Source: a virus (Duplodnaviria; Caudoviricetes). From it: a DNA stretch of 50,084 bases. Below, piece by piece: positions 45,937 to 50,084 of this stretch (the stretch's first letter is position 1; each line of letters opens with the position of its first letter). The notes under the pieces were generated by a model. It saw only the letters and a list, made by a program, of their open reading frames with translations. It searched no databases and had not been told where the DNA came from. Both the position numbers and the translations under genes were made by a program. The stretch spans positions 1-50,084 of IMG/VR virus record IMGVR_UViG_3300032272_000019; one strand, written 5' to 3'.

Positions 45937-45952
45937 TGAAAGAGATATCACG
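45913..45952 (-). mobile_element. Type-1 micro-element, copy 6 (40 bp)
   Basis: Reverse complement CGTGATATCTCTTTCATTAAATTCGTGCCCCGGAGGGGTA. Confidence 0.78.
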
Positions 45953-46175
45953 AATAGCTGAGTGTGATGGGGGTTTGAATAATTCATCAAGCACAATTCC
46001 CGGTTACAGCAAAGCGTTACGGCTCGAAGACCTTGAAGGCCTGACCTTTGAAGAATTGCAGCTACTGATTTTTGATCTCGACCATGAAAAACGCGAACTG
46101 GAAGGAAACCTCAAACGCACCCGCGACCAACTCAACCAACTATCTGCAGGATTAACGAGGGTGTTAGAACAATGA
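45936..46175 (+). CDS. Small coiled-coil protein (start uncertain)
   Basis: Leucine heptads; annotated ATG lies within the micro-element. Confidence 0.5.
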   Translation: MKEISRIAECDGGLNNSSSTIPGYSKALRLEDLEGLTFEELQLLIFDLDHEKRELEGNLKRTRDQLNQLSAGLTRVLEQ

Positions 46176-46564
46176 AAACTGCTTTGCCTGACCGGCGTTT
46201 CAGCGAACAGCAGAAAGTCAAGATCGGCGGGAGGTCGGTGTTCATCACCTGCGGCGATTATCCGGATGGGCGTCTGGGGGAATTCTTCCTCGACCTCGAC
46301 AAGGAGGGGGCGACACTCAGGGCCATGGCCAATTGTTTTGCCATGTCTGTGAGCACAGGACTGCAACACGGGGTCCCGTTGGCAGAATATGTGGATTTGT
46401 TTTTGTTCTCGAAGTTCGAACCGGCCGGAATGGTGCAAGGGCATCCGGAGATTGCAAGCTGTGCCTCGATCATCGATTACCTGTTCCGGCATCTGGCGAT
46501 CAAGTATCTCGATCGGAAAGATTTAAATCAAAAAAGTGGCGATGGCGCCACAGCCAATGGTTAA
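46172..46564 (+). CDS. Stand-alone TSCPD domain (class II RNR C-terminal domain)
   Basis: LP.RR....QKV.IGG, G.Y.DGRLGE.F, S.GLQHGVPL, FEPAG.V, C.SI.DY.FR.L. Confidence 0.88.
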   Translation: MKTALPDRRFSEQQKVKIGGRSVFITCGDYPDGRLGEFFLDLDKEGATLRAMANCFAMSVSTGLQHGVPLAEYVDLFLFSKFEPAGMVQGHPEIASCASIIDYLFRHLAIKYLDRKDLNQKSGDGATANG

Positions 46565-46684
46565 AAAAATGTTTCCACCCGAAAGGAACCTGCTGGAGAA
46601 CGGTCCACCTCCTGGCCGATTGGTATCTCCGGCGGGTTTCTTTCTAACTACTCGGCATAGGGCCAAATTTAAAATAATAATTTT

Positions 46685-46720
46685 CCTCTCCCCGCCGAGG
46701 GAGAGGCCAGGTGAGGGGGA
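46685..46720. repeat. REP-like palindrome, copy of 449-483
   Basis: CCTCTCCCCGCCGAGGGAGAGGCCAGGTGAGGGGGA. Confidence 0.8.
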
Positions 46721-46746
46721 TTGATGGCTGAACGACAACATTTAGA

Positions 46747-47019
46747 CTACTTGCCTTCGCCTGCCCTTTTCTTCGCGCACACTATGAGGGCGTCGTTAAG
46801 CATATTATCGATACTGTCTATGCAGATGCCTTTTGTGCGGAAGCTGTGCTCTTGTTCTAATTTGTCTCGAACCCCTTGTAATAATGCCGCCGTCCGTTCG
46901 GTTTCTGGGTGTAGGTCAATCACCATGTGGAGCAACATCTTTAATAACAATTGGTGCGAATGTACCTGGGCGCTGAGTTCTTCTACCTGGCCGCTGAGTT
47001 CTTCTAAAGTTTTGCTCAC
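46747..47019 (-). CDS. Lone reverse-strand hypothetical protein
   Basis: CAGGAG RBS before GTG; helical sequence. Confidence 0.6.
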   Translation of the reverse strand: MSKTLEELSGQVEELSAQVHSHQLLLKMLLHMVIDLHPETERTAALLQGVRDKLEQEHSFRTKGICIDSIDNMLNDALIVCAKKRAGEGK

Positions 47020-47075
47020 TATTTTTTCTCCTGTTTGGGTGGGTCGATCAGCCGATTATAACACGGGGGTGCTAA

Positions 47076-48611
47076 ATGGCTGACCAAGTTCACGAGCTTA
47101 TTATCGACAATTTCGCCGGGGGTGGGGGTGCCAGTGTTGGCATTGAAGCCGCTATCGGTCGCCCGGTCGATATCGCTATTAACCACGACCGCGAAGCCGT
47201 GGCCATGCACAAAGCCAACCACCCAGACACTAAACATTATTGTGAAGACGTTTTCCATGTGGATCCGGTCGAGGCATGCGCCGGTCGCAAGGTCGGACTG
47301 GCGTGGTTCAGTCCGGATTGCACCTTCTTTTCCAAAGCGCGGGGGGATAAACCCCACCGCGATAAAAAGAAAGCCAATAAACGCCGTGGGCTTGCCAACG
47401 TGGTGATCAAATGGGCGAAGTTGGTCAGGCCCAGAATCATCATGCTGGAGAATGTTGAAGAGTTCCAGAAATGGGGGCCGCTGATATGGGATGCAGTGAA
47501 AGGGAAATGGAAACCTTGCCCGGCCCGTCAAGGTCTATCGTTCCGCCGTTGGGTGAAGGCACTCAGAAACCTCGGCTATAAAGTGGAGTGGCGCGAACTT
47601 CGCGCCAGTGAATACGGAGCCCCGACAATTAGAAAACGATTATTTTTAATCGCCAGGTGCGACGGTCTGCCCATCGTCTGGCCGGCACCGACCCACGGTA
47701 AAGGACTCAAGCCGTTCCGCCCCGCCGCCGAGTGCATTGACTGGTCAATTCCAGCCCCTTCAATATTTGAACGCAAAAAGCCGCTGGCAGAAAACACCTT
47801 AAGAAGAATCGCGAAAGGGATTTTCCGTTATGTCATCAACGCGCAGGAACCGTTCATAGTTACTTATTACGGGCCGAAAAAAGAAAACGATTTTAGAGGG
47901 CAAAGCGTTAAAGAACCCCTGGCAACTCAAACAACCGAAAACCGCCACGCTATAGTCGTCCCGCATATTCAACGGCAGTTCGGCACTGGCGTCGGGCATT
48001 CTGTAGAAGAACCCACCCGAACGGTCATGTCTGAGGGTTGCGGCAAAAGTGCGCTCGTTTCTGCCTTTCTCACCGAACACGCCAACGGTTCACAACAACG
48101 CGTCTTTAACATTATGGACCCGCTGCGTACTCAGTGCGCCGAGGTCAAGGGCGGGCATTTCGCGCTCGTGTCTCCATTTCTGGCGAAGCATTACACGGGG
48201 GTGGTGGGGCAGAGCGTTGATAGCCCACTCGGTACCGTCACCGCAAAAGACCACAGTTCTTTGGTCTGCGCCCTTCTGATTAATTATTACTCACAAGGCA
48301 GTGGCGAAACGGGGGCATCTTTAAAAAATCCCTTACCCACCATCACCACAAAAGAGCGCATGGGGCTGGTTATTGTTAAAGGGGTGGAATACAAGATCGT
48401 CGATATTGGCATGCGCATGCTGCAACCGCGCGAACTTTATAACGCGCAAGGGTTCCCGGTCGATTATGAAATTTTTCCACAGTTCAACGGAAAACCATTA
48501 ACAAAAACCGCGTCAACCAGAATGTGCGGCAATAGCGTGTCGCCCAACCCGGCAACGGCATTGGTGAACGCAAACTATCAACCTGTCTGCGTTAATCAGG
48601 CAGTCGCCTGA
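47076..48611 (+). CDS. DNA (cytosine-5) methyltransferase
   Basis: DNFAGGGG, FSPDC, ENVEEF, YGAPT.RKR, GNSV. Confidence 0.95.
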   Translation: MADQVHELIIDNFAGGGGASVGIEAAIGRPVDIAINHDREAVAMHKANHPDTKHYCEDVFHVDPVEACAGRKVGLAWFSPDCTFFSKARGDKPHRDKKKANKRRGLANVVIKWAKLVRPRIIMLENVEEFQKWGPLIWDAVKGKWKPCPARQGLSFRRWVKALRNLGYKVEWRELRASEYGAPTIRKRLFLIARCDGLPIVWPAPTHGKGLKPFRPAAECIDWSIPAPSIFERKKPLAENTLRRIAKGIFRYVINAQEPFIVTYYGPKKENDFRGQSVKEPLATQTTENRHAIVVPHIQRQFGTGVGHSVEEPTRTVMSEGCGKSALVSAFLTEHANGSQQRVFNIMDPLRTQCAEVKGGHFALVSPFLAKHYTGVVGQSVDSPLGTVTAKDHSSLVCALLINYYSQGSGETGASLKNPLPTITTKERMGLVIVKGVEYKIVDIGMRMLQPRELYNAQGFPVDYEIFPQFNGKPLTKTASTRMCGNSVSPNPATALVNANYQPVCVNQAVA

Positions 48612-48628
48612 CCACTGCGCGGGTTGTT

Positions 48629-48664
48629 AATCACCCCAGCCCTCTTTAAGAAAGAGGGGGTTTT
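48629..48664. repeat. Family B unit (empty site)
   Basis: AATCACCCCAGCCCTCTTTAAGAAAGAGGGGGTTTT. Confidence 0.8.
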
Positions 48665-48689
48665 TAAACCTTAAAAGAGAGGAAACAAA

Positions 48690-48986
48690 ATGCCTGAATC
48701 ATCATTTTCAGCAAGATTACAGATTAAATGTGAAGACGTGCGCGATGCCGGGAACGGTAACGACAAGGTGAAACTGAACGGAGGGTTCGACGATCGGGAT
48801 CCTGATCTGCTCAATTCTGAACTCAGCAACACCTTTCCCTCAGTCAGTCTCGGGTTGCTGTTTCCCGCTGACCATAAAGGGCCGAAACCTGAAGCCGGGA
48901 AGCATTACCTGCTCGAGATGATCGAGATTGAAGGTCCGGCCAATGATGACATGAACGACGATCGGGAACCTGACGACGCTGCGTGA
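48690..48986 (+). CDS. Hypothetical protein
   Basis: GAGAGG RBS; acidic tail. Confidence 0.65.
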   Translation: MPESSFSARLQIKCEDVRDAGNGNDKVKLNGGFDDRDPDLLNSELSNTFPSVSLGLLFPADHKGPKPEAGKHYLLEMIEIEGPANDDMNDDREPDDAA

Positions 48987-48987
48987 T

Positions 48988-49150
48988 TTTCATTGCCCCT
49001 ACGGCTAGTAGTGGGGAGGGTGCCGCCTGTTAGTTCGTGTCGGCTTCGAACCTGGTGCTCAAATGGGCGGTGCCTGACCCTCTCACCCGTTTCAAGCGTC
49101 CTTGAAGGGACGGTTGAAAGGGTGGGGCACAACTAACTGCGGGGCGAAAG
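48988..49150 (+). ncRNA. Putative three-way-junction structured RNA
   Basis: Closing stem 48993-49013/49128-49148; hairpins 49018-49075 and 49082-49126 with many G-U pairs. Confidence 0.45.
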
Positions 49151-49153
49151 TTA

Positions 49154-49213
49154 AACCAAATCCCCCTAAGGCTCCCTCTTTTTTAAAGAGGGCTGGGGTG
49201 ATTCACAACCAGG
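49154..49213. repeat. Family B element, internally deleted version of 1633-1757
   Basis: Shares both ends AACCAAATCCCCCTAA and GGCTCCCTC..GGGGTGATT.ACAACCAGG. Confidence 0.8.
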
Positions 49214-49223
49214 AATAATAACG

Positions 49224-49535
49224 ATGTTTCATCATGTGAAAGTGTTTGACAGTCGTGGTCAGTTAAAAAAGATCATCACACCAAAACAATTGAAGGTCCG
49301 TGATGATCGATTGTTTTCTGAAGGGTCCGGAACGGTGAGTATGAATGGCGGCACGGGGGTGCGAAATGAACCGGTGAAGTTCCCTTGTGCCCGACCGGGA
49401 TGCAACAACATCGGTGAGTCGTGGTCTACCCGTGGCGGTAAATATTGTTCACCGAGTTGCGGGAATACCCATCGCAAAGCCCTCAAGCGGGCCGCTGATA
49501 AAAAAACAAATATAAATAACGGAGATGCACCGTGA
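49224..49535 (+). CDS. Hypothetical protein with Zn-finger (CxxxxC..YCSPSC)
   Basis: CARPGC...KYCSPSC. Confidence 0.65.
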   Translation: MFHHVKVFDSRGQLKKIITPKQLKVRDDRLFSEGSGTVSMNGGTGVRNEPVKFPCARPGCNNIGESWSTRGGKYCSPSCGNTHRKALKRAADKKTNINNGDAP

Positions 49536-50084
49536 GCCTGACAAACCTGTACACGAAACGACAACTTGAGATTGTGAAATTTTGCGCCACCGGGAAGGAG
49601 GCCTCTGAAAAAATAAAAGGTCTGCGGTTTGAGGAGGGTGTCACCGTTGCGACAAACGGTCATCTTATGGTCCGTGTTCGAGCAGAACAGATTCAGGGTG
49701 AAGTCTGGCCCGCCAACACCATCAAGTGGTGTAAGGGCAACAAACCCTTCACCATCTGCAGTCAGGCAGTGTCGCGGGCACTGGTTTCGATGCCGCCCTA
49801 TAAAGAAACGGAAGGCCTGCCGGTACTGAAAAAGATTGTCGCAGGGCGTACTGGTGACGGAGGCAAAGCCGTTTTGCAATCGACCGATCTTGAAATCACT
49901 GTCGATACAGAAACCGTTTTGGGCAATCAGGAATATCCCGAATACAAAAAAGTGATCCCAGATTATTCAGAGTTTTTCAAGCTGATGATCTCGGCAAAAT
50001 ATTTGAAGGAAATCTGCACAGTCTTTGAAAAATATCAGGACAGTTGTGGCGTGACGCTTCACATCGATACATCAGGCGAGGTCA
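49532..50084 (+). CDS. 5' part of beta-clamp-like protein (continues to 257)
   Basis: GTG start; VATNGH and EYPEYKKVIP resemble beta-clamp VATDGH and YP.Y..VIP. Confidence 0.6.
   Translation, partial: MSLTNLYTKRQLEIVKFCATGKEASEKIKGLRFEEGVTVATNGHLMVRVRAEQIQGEVWPANTIKWCKGNKPFTICSQAVSRALVSMPPYKETEGLPVLKKIVAGRTGDGGKAVLQSTDLEITVDTETVLGNQEYPEYKKVIPDYSEFFKLMISAKYLKEICTVFEKYQDSCGVTLHIDTSGEV

Noticed and set aside
1653-45952. Micro-elements or decamer repeats as a CRISPR array
   Set aside because: Copies are dispersed in both orientations, not regularly spaced, and there are no cas genes; variable cores showed no obvious match to their target sites
49956-50084. 129-bp terminal repeat as a biological DTR
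   Set aside because: It falls mid-gene and the terminase is lambda gpA (cos) type; best explained as assembly overlap of a circular contig

Overview
The window is a complete, circularly assembled (~49,955 bp) temperate lambda-like siphovirus genome. Its 129-bp end overlap and intact attP (3' half of tRNA-Pro(GGG) with Int arm sites) indicate the excised form. Modules: immunity switch (43.7-45.2 kb); long early operon wrapping the origin (RusA, TSCPD, C5 methylase, beta-clamp-like, DUF4326, Gp37/68, DUF1643, replication initiator with iterons, M15 peptidase, helicase-methylase, YopX, SNase, Xis, Int); lambda-type head and tail genes (14.6-39.6 kb); and a reverse-strand accessory block (TIR/ThsB-like plus membrane protein, M48-PDZ lipoprotein, a second DUF1833 copy). 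The most unusual signal is non-coding. More than 25 REP-like palindromes of three families mark gene junctions. A 39-41 bp micro-element (YGTGRTR-N-TTCRTGCCCS-GRA-SGGGTA) occurs 6 times, inserted into those palindromes and into genes without a target duplication. Empty sites exist elsewhere in the genome, and a covarying base pair forms only if the element's ends are joined. No transposase is visible. All family calls come from motif recognition by eye, not database searches.
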